DNA of 64,000 nt from the human T2T-CHM13v2.0 reference genome, Homo sapiens, in NCBI RefSeq assembly GCF_009914755.1, contig NC_060929.1. One strand, written 5' to 3'. The notes under the pieces are model-generated. The model did not search any database. It worked only from the letters and a program-made list of their open reading frames with translations, and had not been told where the DNA came from. The position numbers were made by a program, and so were the translations under genes. Positions 25,007-41,015 of this stretch are shown here, piece after piece. The number at the start of each line of letters is the position of its first letter. Position 1 is the stretch's first letter.

Positions 25007-26304
25007 CTTTTATATGGAGAAGCTTGTCCATAACTAGTAAGATATGTAATTGAGTAGTCAAGCTTTATCCTGGGATTCAGAGAGAAACCCATTTGAACTT
25101 CATACTGAGCTATGTCCTCCAACCTCAATGATGAATGCCTTCATCATTGTGTGTATTTGGATGGTAGGTAGGAAAACATTCCATCTCTTAAGAAATGATA
25201 AAGATCTTTTTGCATTTCTGTAAGTGTTTGTCATTCAATTGCAGAATATTAATGAATCTCTTGTGTAATTTTAAAAAACACAAAAATTAAATTTGCAATA
25301 TAAAATATACCTTGTAGTAGCTAGAAAAAAAAGTCCGTCTCAAAATCTTTTTTGTTAGGGAAGGCTTTCAATCTGTATTCTAAGCAGGTAGAAGAGTCAG
25401 AAACAAGGGGCAGATAAAAGTGAAGGGTAAATAGTAAAATCTTGGGTCTTTAATACTTTCAGATGACCCAAACAAAAACTACTTCATACTTACTACAGTT
25501 ATGGACTAATGCTATTGCACAGGACACTCCATGTAGTCTAGGAAGGTGTGCTTTAGAGTTCCCGTCTTTATAGCAGAGGAATGAGTAACAAGTGAATGTT
25601 CAGTAACCAATCTACAGGGCCTGCCACAAAGTTCTTAGGAAATCTGTAAGTTTAGGGAAAGGTAGAGTTAATGTAGGTTTTCTATAGAGGGGTTTTCACA
25701 AAGTCCTTCTTCTATCTCTGCTTCCTCTAATCTGATTTTAACATAAAATCTGATATTGTAAGGATGAAAAAAAGATAAATACATTATCTTTTATTTACGG
25801 TAATCTGATCCTTAACAGGGTAGATAACTTGATTTTAAGAAATTCAAACACACAACTTTGTTCTGCAATATGTTACAAAATACATTGTGGTAGTATTTGA
25901 GAAGGTGTAAGAGTTTAAAATCTACATTTAAATTTTAACACATGCAAATTTAGACCTATGCAAATGAGATTATTAGATTAGTGTTAGAAAATTTAAAACG
26001 TTCTGTTTAACTCTGTTAATCCTATTTTTAGAGCAATACTTGTGATTTAATATTAGCTCTGAGAACAACCTGTTTGAAGTACAAGTTTGGCATTTGGGCG
26101 TATCGAACTAAAAATTATGCATTGCAGAAAATTTTGAAGAAGGTAGCTTGATTTTCCTTTCCTGTTACCATATATTATTTTATATTCTGTTACCATATAT
26201 ACCATTTATATTTTATCACTTCATTTTCTCAGCTCCCTCACTACCAATGTTGCCCTACTCACTAGAAAAGAAATGATAAAACTAATTTGCAGTGGAGTAA
26301 TAAT

Positions 26305-26845
26305 TAGCAGTTAGGATGATCTTGGCAGCAAATTAAAGAAAGCTGAACTGAAACTTCCTTATAAAAGAAGGATCTACATGATTTTATGTAATAGGAAGTC
26401 CAGATACTGAGCAACCTTCAAATATTCCCTGGTTCAAACTTTTACTTGTTGTTTCTGTTGCCTTATATATTTTTGCGCCAACCTTGTGCAAAATGTATTA
26501 CTTAAAGTGTTTTCAGGTTTCACATGTAGACCAAATAACATTCACAAAAAGAGGGATTCTGTGTTCCTGTTTTTTTTTTTTTTTATAGGAGAAAGGACAT
26601 ATTTCTTAAAACCACAGAAAACTTTTCCTTATTCTCATCAGTTACTATCAGTCATAAGCTCTTCCACATTCAACCAATGACTATAATATAAGATTGCTAT
26701 GCTGGTCTCAGATCAATCAGAATATGCCCCTGGAACCTGCTAAGGGACCACCTTTTGTGAGTCATGTGTAGAGGGGTGGACAAAAATCAGCATCCTATTT
26801 GAAAGGAATGATGCAGTAAATGATCATTGGGTAGGCAACCAATTG
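26305..26845 (-). mobile_element. Highly diverged MLT1 (K/L-like) LTR
   Basis: gttaggatg...ttggcagcaa, aggaagtccaga, gggtaggcaaccaa; weak similarity only. Confidence 0.4.
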
Positions 26846-27805
26846 GAATGGTGATATAACTTAGCAGAATAATTTAATTTTCTAAAAGAACAGTAATATA
26901 GTTGCATATATTAATAAAGGGTAGAATGTTGCTGTTAATAGACATTGGAGACAGATTGATTTTCTAGGGTCTTTCACATCATTCCATGAGGGAAACCCTG
27001 TATGATATCCTCAAGTACAATAAATATCTTTCATGTTATATAATGACTGCAACTTCATTTAAACACTCAAGGGAGAACAACCATATTTAAGTGGATAAAA
27101 CTGATATTTTAAATAATATTTTAAGAGATGGTTATGCTTAAAAACAGAAAATTGTGATAGAGATTAACATCAATTACATGGATTATCTATATTCCATATG
27201 CTGGAATCATTACTTTTTAAAATTCCATAGTTACATTTTGTTCTGATTATGGCATATTATGAACTTCTGTGTAACAAACCTACTGTGTTAAACGTTATAA
27301 AATGGCTAAACGGTGGAAGTGTTTATTTGTTAATGTTAACTACTCAGAATGAACCAGTGTATTTTCTGTAGCAAGAACTCTAAACATTTATTTGGTGAAT
27401 AAGTGAATGTACATACCATTTACCGAGAGCTTCCTATATGCCAAAAACTTGCTGTCATTTATTTAATATTAACAATAATATTGCAAGACTGATAACTACA
27501 GATAGATTATTTATGTTAAGTAATTTTCTCTGAAAACAAACACTAACTGAAAGCCCATTTTCTTCATGGAGTGTTTTCATTTGGGTTGATGATTGGTATT
27601 AAAAGAAACGAATGATGTACCTACTTGTTTATAAGTGACACCATCAACAAAAATCGTTGAAAAATAATGGTTGAAAGAACAGTTGTTTGCCATTAAACAG
27701 AAGTTTTTCTCAACGGGCACAATTGCATTTCTCTATTAGTTCACATGTAGTTGGTATAACCAATAGCCTGCTTAAGAAAAAGGCAACATAACTCCCCCCT
27801 CCCCC

Positions 27806-28137
<332 letters not shown>

Positions 28138-30914
28138 TAACATGACTAATGATATATGAATCCAATAACTATAGCTGAGACAGTGTCTTCACTTCTTCAA
28201 CCACTTGAGTATTTGAACTGGTTTAAATTGTCATGGATATGCAATGTAAGTTATTTACACTAAATTTGAAGTGACCCCAATCTCTATAATAGAAACAAGG
28301 CATCTCATGTATCTATCTTTGAATGAAAGCTATACCACTGTGTGCTATGTAATATTTTACTGTTGAAATCTAAAGCCAATTGCACTTAAAGCATCTTTTA
28401 TTTTTCTTCTTCTTCTTTTTTTTTAAATTAAAGTAGCCTATGATCTATAAAAGGCAAGAAATCTCATTTGAATAGAGCAAAAGGATTAGTCATTACTCAT
28501 GCATAGAAAATTTTAAGGATTCGGCTGTGCCGGTGATGGATGGATAGACTGCTGAGAAACCATTTGAGATTTCTGTGATTAGACAGGTCCCAATTCCTAT
28601 TAGTGAGTGTTGCCTTGCTCTGTTGCAGAGAGGAGGCAGCTGTCTTCCTCACTTTTCCCGGCGGTGCTGCTTGCTTTAACTAAGCCTGTAACATTTTAGA
28701 CAAGCAAATCAGGAAGGACTTTGTGGACAGATGGCAATGCTGCCTATGCATTCTCATTTACATGCAACCTTGGTTTGTAACTGTACTTGAGCCATATGTG
28801 GGGGGTTTTACATTCCCTTTGGATTGGTTTTAAGTGCTAGGCATACAAGGAAAATCTAACTTGGTCCATGTTTTCCTAATGTGATTTAATTCATTGGAGC
28901 TATGCAGAGTGTTTATCAATAGAAGTTTTGAAACTAAAATCTTGGCTGAGTGCAAAATGCTGATGCTAACCATGGTTAGTGAGGAGAGTACCCTAGGAGA
29001 CTTCCTCATATAGGACATGAATACTTGTTCATACTTATTTATAAGATAAAATTAAAATATAAACATGCACAATTTCCTTGAGAATTTGAATTGCTCAAGT
29101 CTAATATTGACCTATTACAGTGCCTAAAAATGTTATGAAGTCATAAATTCACTAGCCAAATTGTATGTTTTTCATTGTTTAATGACACAGTGATCTAAAG
29201 ACAATGAACATTAAAAATATATAACTCTTGCTTTAACCTTACATATTTTATAATAATATAGTTAATTAATGATCAAACAATTTTTATGAATTTTTTTGGT
29301 CATGATAACTACAAATTTATTTGTGCTCCATCAGAACATGTACTATCTGATAAGAACATGCAACATATTATATTTATTTTAAAATTTAAATTATATTTAA
29401 TTTAAAAGGAACATTTAAATTTTAGAGGTGACCCTGAATAGAAGAAACACTTTTAAATATATCCTTTTTTACCTTATTAATCTTAAATTACAGCAGTGCT
29501 TAACTGTAGCCCAAAATCAAGTTTCTAGGTTTTTTTGTCTTACTACTATGACTCATAGTTAAGCTTATTATAGACAGAGTTTGTCTATTACTTTTCTTTA
29601 ATGACAGTAGAATTTTCTCATTTTAAAAAATGAAACTATACAATATAGAAAACATTTGAAAAATATATCCGTCACATGTTCTACACATTAACATGATTTA
29701 GATAAATCTGCATAAGCAAATTATTGTCCTACATTTCTTACTAACCTGTAATCCTAAATATATCCTCAAGCTAATTCAATTAACTTCAGAAACACTTTTT
29801 AAAAAGCTGGAAAATGTTAACATTGTGGATCTGTGTATTCAGCAACAGGCTATTGTAGATGATTATCATTTTATAAATTTACACTTTTATAAATAATTCT
29901 GTTGTGAACATTCTTGTATAAATACTCATTTTTCATTGAAACAATTTCCTTAGGAATTATTTTTAGATTAAAAAATTGAAGAGTGAGATTTTTAGGCTTT
30001 TGTTATATAATGGCAAATTGCCCTCAGAAAAGTTCACAGTGATTTATTCTATCACAGTTAGTGTGTTCATAAAACACTGGCAGCTCTATCAGTATATATT
30101 TGGTTGCAAACATTTCTAATATGAAGGTGTTAGTATGATTTTTTTCATACAAGCAGTTTAATAGTGGGACTGGCATTAAGATTCTGTGGCATAGCAATAG
30201 AATCTTTTTGGATTTAGACTATTTTGCCCCCCATTCTCTAAACTATGGTGTTCAATTCATTTGTATGTTAACAGAATTCTGAGAATTTACAGAAACCTCA
30301 ATTTCCCAGCTTCATCTAAAAAAAAAACATGATAAACAATCATTTCCTATAATTCTCTTTAGAGACAGCAAACTTACAAGAAAAAAATCCCAGAAGACAT
30401 TCCCTTATGACTTATGGCCCAGAAATCGGTTACAATTATCAACTCAAAGTTGAGATGTAAATTTCTTCTACCTCTGTCAATGTCAGTGTCAATGAACTTT
30501 GTCAAGCTCATCCTATTGGAACTTTGCCTTAAAGTTCAGATATGATGAATATGGTTCATTCAGGTGATCTAGAAACAATAAGAAAAAGAAGTGACTTCTT
30601 ACTAGTGTAAATCTTTTTAAAGAAAGAAAGCCTACTTTTTCTTGTAGAAACTTCTGGGTAGGTACCCCCGATTTCCCATTTGACAGAATTAGATTACATG
30701 TCTATTTATGAGCAAATGACTGGCAAGAGTTATGGAATTACTTTGGACCAAAGGTCTTCTCTGCAAAAGAAGGTGAATTTAAGTCATTCCCAGGAAAATG
30801 GTTAAGGGGAAAGAATTGAAGAAAGTATCAAAACCAGGGTTCAGATGAGAAGGCAGGTGAAAGACACAAATGATTGTTGAACAAAGTTTTTAAAATTTTC
30901 TTTTATTGACTGAT

Positions 30915-33339
30915 TGTGTTAGTTCATTTTTATGTTGCTGATAAAGACATACTCAAGACTGAGCAATTTACAACAGAAAGAGGTTTAATGGACTTACAGT
31001 TCCACATGGCTGGAGAGGCCTCACAATCATGGTAGAAGGCAAGGAGGAGCAAATCACAGCTTATGTGGATGGCAGCAGGCAAAAGGAGAGCTTGTGCAGG
31101 GAAATTCCAATTTTTAAAACCGTCAGATCTTGTGAGACTCATTCAGTATCAGAAGAATAGCTCAGGAAAGACCTGCCCTCATAATTCAGTCACCTCCAAC
31201 CAGGTTCATCCCATGACATGTGGGAATTGTGGGAGTTACAATTCAAGATGAGATTTGGGTGGGGACACAGCCAAACTATATCATTCCACCCCTAGCCCCT
31301 CCTAAATCTCATGTCCTCATATTTCAAACCCAATCATGCCTTCCCAACAATTCCTCAAAGTCTTAACTGATTTTAACATTAACTCAAAAGTCCATAGTCC
31401 AATGTCTCATCTGAGACCAAGCAAGTCCCTTCTGCCTATGAGCCTGTAAAAATCAAAGCAAGTTAGTTACTTCCTAGATACAATGGGGGTACAGGCATTG
31501 AGTAATTGCAGCTCCAAATGGGAGAAATTGGCCAAAACAATTTCATTGTTCAAATTACTTTGAACTCCCATTCAAAGTAATTTCCCATTCAAATTACTTT
31601 GAACTCCCATTCAAAGTAATTTCTCCAAATGGGAGAAATTGGCCAAAACAAATGGCTACAGGCTCCTATGCAAGTCCAGAATCCAGTGGGGCAGTCAAAT
31701 CTTAAAGCTCCAAAATGATTTCCTTTGACTCTGTGTCTCACATCTGGATCATGCTGATGCAAGAGGTGAGCTCCCATGGTCTTGGGTGGCTCCCCTTTTG
31801 TAGCTTTGCAGGGTACAGCCTCCCTCTTGGCTACTTTCACAGGCTGGTGTTGAGTGTCTGTGGCTTTTTCAGGTGCATGGTGCAAGCTGTCAGTGGACAT
31901 GCCATTCTGGGGTCTGGAGGAAAGTGGCCCTTTTCTCACAACTCCACTAGGCAATGCTCTAGTAGGGACTCTGTGTAGGGGCTCTGACCCCACATTTCCC
32001 TTCTTCATTGCCCTAGGAGAGGTGCTCCATGAGAGACCTGCCCGCATTGCAAACTTCTGCCTGGACATCCAGGTGTTTCCATACATCCTCTGAAATCTAG
32101 GAAGAGGTTCTCAAACCTCAATTCTTGACTTCTGTGCACCTGCAGGCTCAGCACCACATGGAAGCTGACAAAGCTTGGGGTTTTCACTCTCTGAAGCCAT
32201 GGCCTGAGCTGTAACTTGGCCCATTTTAGTCGTGGCTGGATCAGCTGGGACTCAGGACACAAAGGCCCTAGACTGCACACAGCATACAGACCCTGGGCCT
32301 GGCCCACAAAACTGTTTTTTTCCTCCTATGCCTCCAGGCCTGTGAAGGGAGGGATTGTCATGAAGACCTCTGATATGCCCTAGAGACATTTTCCCCATTG
32401 TCTTCGGGATTAACATTCAGCTCCTTGTTACTTATGCAAATTTCTGCAGCCAGCTTGAATTTCTTTTCAGAAAATGGGATTTTCATTTCTATCGCATTGT
32501 CAGGCTGCAAATTTTCTGAACTTTTATGCTCTACTTCCCTAATAAAACCGAATGCCTTTAGTAGCACCTAAATCAATCCTTTAATGATTTGCTGCTTAAA
32601 AATTTCTTCCACCAGATACCCTAAATCATCTCTCTCAAGTTCAAAGTTCCACAGATCTCTAGGGCAGGGGTAAAATGCTTCCAGTTTCTTTGCTAAAACA
32701 TAACAAGAGTCACCTTTGCTCCAGTTCCCAACAAGTTTCTCATCTCCATCTGGACGACTTCAGCCTAGATCTTATTGTTTATATCACTATCAGCATTTGT
32801 GTCAAAGCCATTCAACAAGTCTCTAGGAAGTTCCAAGCTTTTCCACATTTTCCTGTCTTCTTCTGAGCCCTCCAAACTGTTCCAACCTCTGCCTGTTACT
32901 CAGTTCCAAAGATGCTTCCACATTTTCAGGTATCTTTACAGCAACACCCCACTCTACTGGTACCAATTTACTGTATTAATCCATTTTTATGCTGCTGATA
33001 AAAACATACTCGAGGCTGAGTGATTTACAAAAGAAAGAGATTTAATGGACTGGTAGTTTCACATGGCTGGGGAGGCCTCACAATCATGGTGGAAGGCAAG
33101 AAGGAGCAAGTCACATCTTATGCAGACATCAGCAGGCAAAAAAAGAGCTTGTGCAAGGAAAGTCCCATTTTAAAACCATCAGATCTTGGGAGACTCATTC
33201 AGTATTATAAGAACAGTGCAGGAAAGACCCACCCCCATTATTCAATCACCTCCAACGGAGTTCCTCCCAAGACATGTGGGAATTGTGGAAGTTACAATTC
33301 AAGAAGAACTGTGGGTAAGAACACAGCCAAACCATATAA
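30915..33339 (-). mobile_element. Full-length THE1 (A/B-like) MaLR: LTR 30915-31283, internal 31284-32971, LTR 32972-33339
   Basis: Two ~368-bp LTRs flank THE1-int; perfect 5-bp TSD CTGAT at 30910-30914 and 33340-33344. Confidence 0.96.
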
Positions 33340-33344
33340 CTGAT

Positions 33345-33880
33345 TGAACGGGCTAGATTCTCTAGTACAAGTTTCAGTAGGAGTAGATATCCTTGCATAT
33401 TTCCTGATCCTAGGGAGAAATAAATCAGTCTTATAATACCATTAAATATGTTGTGTGCTATAGAATTTTCAAATATTCTCTTTACCATTTTGAGGATATA
33501 TATTTGACTCCTGGTTTGCTGAGTTTTGGATTTTTTTTTAATTAGAAAAGATAACATAAGACTTTAGTCAAATATTCTTTCTCAATCTGTAGAGATGATC
33601 AAAGATAATCAAGTATTTTTGTTTTACTTTTTTTTTAGTGTTTTAATATAGTGAGTTACACTGGTTTTGAAAAGTTATTCCAAATTTGTAATCCTGGGAC
33701 AAACCCCACTTTATCAGGTGTGTTATTCTTTTTTGTTGTCAAATTCTACTTGCTAAAGGTTTATTTAGACTGTTTCCATTTATGTTCATAAAGCTTATTT
33801 TCTTCTTTCTCATAGCACCTTCCTGTGGTGTTGGTATCAGGAGTACCATAACCTCATAGAATGTGTTGAAAACTAGTTTT
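33345..33880 (-). mobile_element. Old L1 ORF2 fragment
   Basis: ttcctgatcctagggagaaa, gtttgctgagtttt, ctgggacaaaccccactt, acctcatagaatg. Confidence 0.75.
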
Positions 33881-36178
33881 CTTTTTGAGCAAAAAAATAA
33901 TTAAATATACTATGTCTCAAAATATGCAGTATACACTATCATGAAAGCCAGACAAGAGTAAATAAATTATTACATATAGAAAATTAGGTAAGACACTGTT
34001 CAATAATGAGGCAAAATAAGATGTGAACATCACCTAAGCTATCAAATACAGAGAAATGTGGAGTTTCAACCAATAAATGTGAGGTTGAATGTATAAAACG
34101 TTATTTCAAATATGTCTTGGTTTGTATCTAAATTTATATCCTATAAAATCATGCAGAAAATGAGGAGTCATTATATAATTTTAAGTAGGAAAAATGTGAA
34201 TCGATATTAATACTACAAACTAATAATTTACTCAATGCCAGCCAATGTTTCCAGTGTTTTAAGTTTTCGGAAAATAATTATGAGATAATTACAAAGAAAA
34301 CAATTCTTCACTTTTCGAGAAAGAAAACCAAGGCAATGAGAAACTAAATAACTGGCCCACCCGAGGTCATATAGTTAAGAAATAACAAGTTGTAGACCTT
34401 AGCATGTTTTTAAGTAAAACATATTATTTTTCAAGTCTAATATTTGCTCTCTCATAGATACATTAATGTATAAATAAAATCATAAAGAAAATTATAATAG
34501 CGAACTTTCTCTATATTTCAGAGATATTGGTTTGGCATTGCTTTCAGCCAGGTATTTCAACATTAGCCTCAAGAGTGGAGTTGGGTTCAGGTTGACTTCA
34601 ATGTTTCAAAAATATATGAAAACAGAACCTGTGTTAGTGGATTTCCTATTCTCGACCTCTAGTTGAACACTATCAAAATTGACAATTAAAAAAATAATGA
34701 AATGAGAGAAAATGTTTATAGCACTTAAGAGGATAAATTAATTTCTTTAATGTCTAGATTTTATATTAAGTAAAGAGTTTGCAGGAAAAGTAAATGGCAG
34801 TTCATGATTTCAATTATAATCAGTCAGATTTTTTCCATATTTGAGCAAAAATTGTAATTCACTTATCCAATGCTTTCAGTGTAGGTGAGCTGAGTCATCT
34901 AACTTATATCGTCTCTTATGAATATTGATTGAGATGAAAAATAAAGAAATGATTTATCTTAAAACAGTTCTATGTTGATAATATAAACAATACTGACAGG
35001 TTTATTTAAAATATGTTTGGATAAGCTACATTATACATGATTCGTATCTTATGCATCACTTATATATGATATTTGATTTGGTTTATACACAAAGGAACAA
35101 ATGTTTCTATATAAGAAAATTATTTTGCTTATTACAGAATTCAAAACTAAAATGTTTCTTCCACGATGGCCATTTAACGATTTAAATTTAGGAAACATCT
35201 GGCATGTTCGATGAGTATTTATTTTGTATAATTGTGTTCCATATCTTAGTGCATTCCCTTTAGCAGTTTCTTTCAGCAAGCAACTCATGTGAACTTGTTT
35301 CTCAGTAAACGTTTTTTATTTTAGCAAAGTTTTAGACCTACAGATTTAAAGAAAAATTGCAAAGATGGTACAAAGGTGAACTCTTGAACCGAATCTTTTA
35401 TTTTTAAGCATGCAAAACGGTGTGTTTTTTTAAACCCTGAAGACATAAACGTACCACTGAGAACCCAAAGAAAATTGGACTAACTGTTTTGTTTTGTGAT
35501 TTGATGTCTGAAAAATAAAATCCTTTAGTTTCCTTTAATTTTTCCTCAGAGAATATAGACTGTGTTGCGATGTCAAACTCATTTTAAGTTTCGATGCCCC
35601 ATGGGCAAATCGTTTGCTCTAATTACAACAAAATGAAGACAAATCTCTTACATATAAATCTTTGATGGCGGGAAATCTAGCTTAATGTTTTTAAAGCCTT
35701 CCCAGAAGACAAAATGCCTCTCAATCTTGTAACTCTACTTTCAGAGCTACCTAAAGTAATTATTAAAGCATATTCAATATACTGCAATTGATTTATATTT
35801 GTGTTTTATTTAATAATTGGGATCCCTGGGACCATTTGCTGCAAATATCTTACATTTAAAAAAACTGTCTAATGATATCATGCAGGAAAATATTATACCT
35901 AAAAATATAAACTCCATTAGCAAAAATTGTTCAGCAAAACTCTATTAATTCAATACATTGTATGGTTAATTTTCGTAGCCAATTTTTTTTTTCTGCTTCT
36001 TTCTAATGATGTGATGTTCTTCAATGTCTTCTGAAAACTTGAGCATAGGAAGTTGGAAGGGTATAAAGTAAAACAAAGTGTAAGGAGAGAATTTAGAATG
36101 CTAATTTTTGAAGGGGAAATATAAATTTCACAACTCTTAGATTACCTGTATTTAAGGATTTAAGTTGATTTTCACCAG

Positions 36179-36586
36179 CGTGTTAGTCTGTTTGTGTTGT
36201 TGTAAAAGAAATACCTAAGACTGGGTCATTTATAATGAAAATAGATTTATTTGGACCTTGGTTCTGCAGATTGTACACAATGCATAGTGCCAGCATCTGC
36301 TTGTGGTGAGGGCCTCAGGAAGATTACAATCATGGTAGAACTGGAAGAGGAGCCAGCACTTCATAGGGCAAGAGAGGGAGCAAGAGAGAGAGGGAAGGTG
36401 CCACACTCTTAAGCAACTAGATCTCCTGTAAACTCTTTACCACTCATTACCCAGAGGAGGGAACCAAGCCATTCATGAGGGATTTGCCCCCATGACCTAA
36501 TACCTCCCTCTAGGCCCCACATCCAACATTACCGGATCACATTTTAATATGAAATTTGGAGGGGATAAAACATCCAAACCATATCA
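36179..36586 (-). mobile_element. MSTB-like MaLR solo LTR
   Basis: aaatacctaagactggg...gtgccagcatctgctt...gggcctcaggaag...catccaaaccatatca. Confidence 0.88.
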
Positions 36587-39500
36587 ACTGTTCACTGCTA
36601 ACTACTAAATCAAAGAATTGTTTCCAGACAATGTATTATTTGTTTCTTCATTCAAAAGAAAAATACTTGATTGAACCTTATGAGGAGAAAATGTTATCTC
36701 TTGCAGTTTTTAATTAAATAAGATAATTTAATTTTTATAAATTAAGGCCATCAAGAAGGACTCTACACTCTAAAAAGATTGCAGACGTTTTCTATAAACA
36801 TATTTTAATATATCTATATTGTTGTTATCAAAGTAGATTTACACCACTGCCATCTGGGAGTAATTCCCTTATTCAGTACAGAAGCATTTCTCATCCTTCT
36901 CCTAAATATTTTCTTCTAGCTCAGAGTGCCCTTGGCCAAGAACAAGAGATTATTTAAAACGACGACAACAACAACAAAATTCTGCTATTCCCATATGGGT
37001 TATCTTTCTTTTCTAGTCTTCTTTTTACTTGAGTTAAAATGCTTCCTTTGAATTTAGACTGACAAAGATATTGAAGGGCATCTAATGTCATTTAGAGCAC
37101 TGCTCCTGTGCCTGTGTTCACCAGCTCCTCAATAGTGGAGGTGATTGCAGATATTGGAGGAAAGAAATAAACTAGGGTAGCTCATATCACCCATTCCATG
37201 TGTTTTTCTCTTCAGGATGTCCCAGCCTGCAGTGAGAATGAATTCTGTTCTGCCTCTGCTATGCTGTAAATTTAGCAATAAAGTTTCTGCTCCATGTATG
37301 ACTGACTAGGTAAGGCTGCCCTGTACTGGAGTGTAGTGTAGGAAAATCCCTGCTGCTAAGCACCACGCCAACAACACTATGAGCTACAAAGCTCACATTT
37401 TTATGTCATTGTGCTTTACTTCTATGTCTATCTTGAATTGTTCATTATTCAGAGAAAACAGGAAGCTAAGTTGTTAACATTCTTCATAGCAACAAATTTT
37501 TAGAACTAATTCTATATTGAGGAATGTCTTATGTTTTAACCAAAACCTTTTGATAAATTACAAAGTTGCTGAATATATCTATATCTATATGTTTTACTAT
37601 ATCTATATCTATCACATAGATTTATATGATTTATTAAGAGTTATTATCTGAAATATACACTTGATTCCTTTTACAATTTTCATAATATAACCAGAAAATC
37701 ACCCTTGAGATCCTTGAGTGTGATTATATAAACATGCCTTGATTTGGTGTCTCCAGCATAATTATCACAGTTAAAATATTGGTATCAAAAATGGAGCAAA
37801 GGTAATAAAACTTGTAAAGTAGCAGACCTTACAAAATGTTAAAAACAATTTTATTTATATAGTGCATCCTCACATACCTAATTATATATATTAAACCTAA
37901 TGTTTAACATTATTAGCAAGTCAGAGAATTTAGAAAAATCAGACATAGTTTTAGATAAAATTAATATTAATACTAACCATTAATATTAATCCTTGTTTAA
38001 TAAAATGCCTCTATATGACGATAACTGCCCTCAAATTATTTTCAGCTCACAAATTTTTAAAGAAAAAAATGCATATCTGTATGTAGGCAAAAATCTCTTG
38101 TAATTTTTTAATGGATTCAGGCTTTTAAAAATTATTATTTTAAATAAGTTTTAGCAGGATATACAGAAAGAATATACTACATTACTACATCAGAGTAATC
38201 CCAAATTTAAGTTTACCATGCACCATACATATATTCAAACATTCAGATGTCTTTTTATTGAATTTTGGTTGTGCGAATTGAAATAAGAAAATTATTTGGT
38301 AACTGACTTTTAGTATAAGAGTTAGTTGAACTTATGTAAACTCACTTCTACCTTAAAAATGTGTAAATATTGTGTAAGTAAACAAAAATTTAAATATCTA
38401 TTATCTAAAAAACCAGAAGAAGTAATTCAAGATTATGAATAAAATTTAAAAAGCATCATTTTAATTTTAATGATACTAATGTTATAAAATGAGTAGCACT
38501 TTTGACCTAGGTTTAAACATTGACTTTCATACATTGAGTTATTTGGGAAATACAATTTAATCTATTTAGGTTTCTCTGCTCTCTCAAATGTGAGGTTTGA
38601 ACTCCTTAAAATTTTCTGTTGCTAACATTTCCTTTGAAAAAGCACATTTGATTTATAACCTAAACAAATATTTGGGAAAATAAATTTGAGTAGGTAAGTG
38701 TATCAAATTTATTTCCTCTTAAAAACCAGTTTGGGGTTTTATACAGTTCCAACTAATTTTACATTTTATAGACTGCAGAGCAACTATTTTCCCTGTAGGT
38801 CTTTTCTTTGAAATTATATTGAGTAATCTATTTATGTGATCAATGAATCTACTATAATTTTCTACAAAATATCTTGCTCCTAATAGGGTCATTACAATCA
38901 TTTTAAGTTACATGGATAACAGCATTTTTGAATGAAAGCATTGTTTTTTGAGTGAATGAGGAAAATAAAGGCATAACTAAAATAAAGTATAAGTGAAGAC
39001 CTTCTGTGCCTTCTCAAGATAGAGTTTTATGTACATCATTTCAGCAGTTTAAATTAGGTCCTAGAACTTCAATTCATTTTGCAGACTTTGAATAACATTG
39101 TTCATATATTGGAAATTTTCATATCTTAAAAGTATTTGGAAATACAATTATTTAAATATCCTATCTAGATGTAAATGACTCACAATCTCATATAATTGTA
39201 TGTCTAATAAATTTTTGGAATAAATGAATTCCCACCATAAATGAGAGTTAGTATACTTCAGACTGAAAGAGAATACTATCTAAATATAAATGACCCAGAT
39301 CTTTGTGTAGTAACTTCATAGATTATACCCTGAAATTAAGTGTGACAATTCAATTCCATTCTATTATTCCTGGATCGTTGTGGAGACAGTAGAAACAAGT
39401 GCTAATGTCGGTCACTGCTTAGGAGCCTCCATAATTCTTTAGTCACAAAATGTGTTCATCTCCAGAGAGCAGAAAATAGGGCACTAAAGATAGATCATCA

Positions 39501-39932
39501 CACTCACAGGAGAAACAAATTGCCACTGATGGGACACAGTCAGATGGAGAAATGAAAGCCTCTTATTATAAAAAGTTTTAGTTTTGAGCCAAAGTGAACA
39601 ATATATTAAGAGAACACCTCTTCAAGGATAAAAGTGCAGTTGTCTTTGTAATTCAGGCTATACCATATTTCTTTTTACCAAAGTGGATCATGAATAAGCA
39701 AAATGAATGTCTATTTACAAAAAGTGGTTGTTTTGTAATAATTTATTTTCTGATACTCATCTAATAATTACAATCCTAACCATTTAAAAGCCACATAATA
39801 TTTTAGATAACTTAATCTCCAATAATATATTTTTACATTTTTGGTGTTTGTTGAAGAGAAGATGACTGGACTGTATGTATTTATCGTATTATAAGATTTT
39901 GTTTTTGTTAAACAAGAGCTCAAAATTTATGA

Positions 39933-40255
<323 letters not shown>

Positions 40256-40646
40256 AGGATTAACTCTTTAACACTTAGATGTCATAGATCTTCTTGACAT
40301 ACATCCACTATAAAGATAATCTTTGCTGTTCCCAAAAACTGAATAAATACAGAGCCATATCATGTTTCCCTGCATGGAACGTCAATACCAGTATTTAACG
40401 TGCACTAAGCATCTCTTATGTGCAAAGCACTTTACATAGAGTAACCCATTTCTCTCTTGATTGATGTGCCTTCTATTTATATTCCTACCTTACACATTAA
40501 AACATTAAATTTCTAAGTTCCTAATATTTTAAAACCCTAAAACTTAACAATAAAAAAGCCTCACCCTTTGTAAAATGTCCAAAAAAAAAAAAAAAAGACA
40601 AAAAAACTTAAACACTTAAGCAAAGAAGAGATATGGTTAGCAGTTA

Positions 40647-41015
<369 letters not shown>

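Noticed and set aside
31512-31651. CRISPR-like or MITE interpretation of the palindromic repeats
   Set aside because: Primate context, only two units, no unique spacers or cas genes; the 29-bp duplication and lack of terminal inverted repeats do not fit a DNA transposon.
31589-32086. 165-aa ORF and similar ORFs at 45060-46390
   Set aside because: THE1-int sequence; fragmented, and not kept intact between the two copies.
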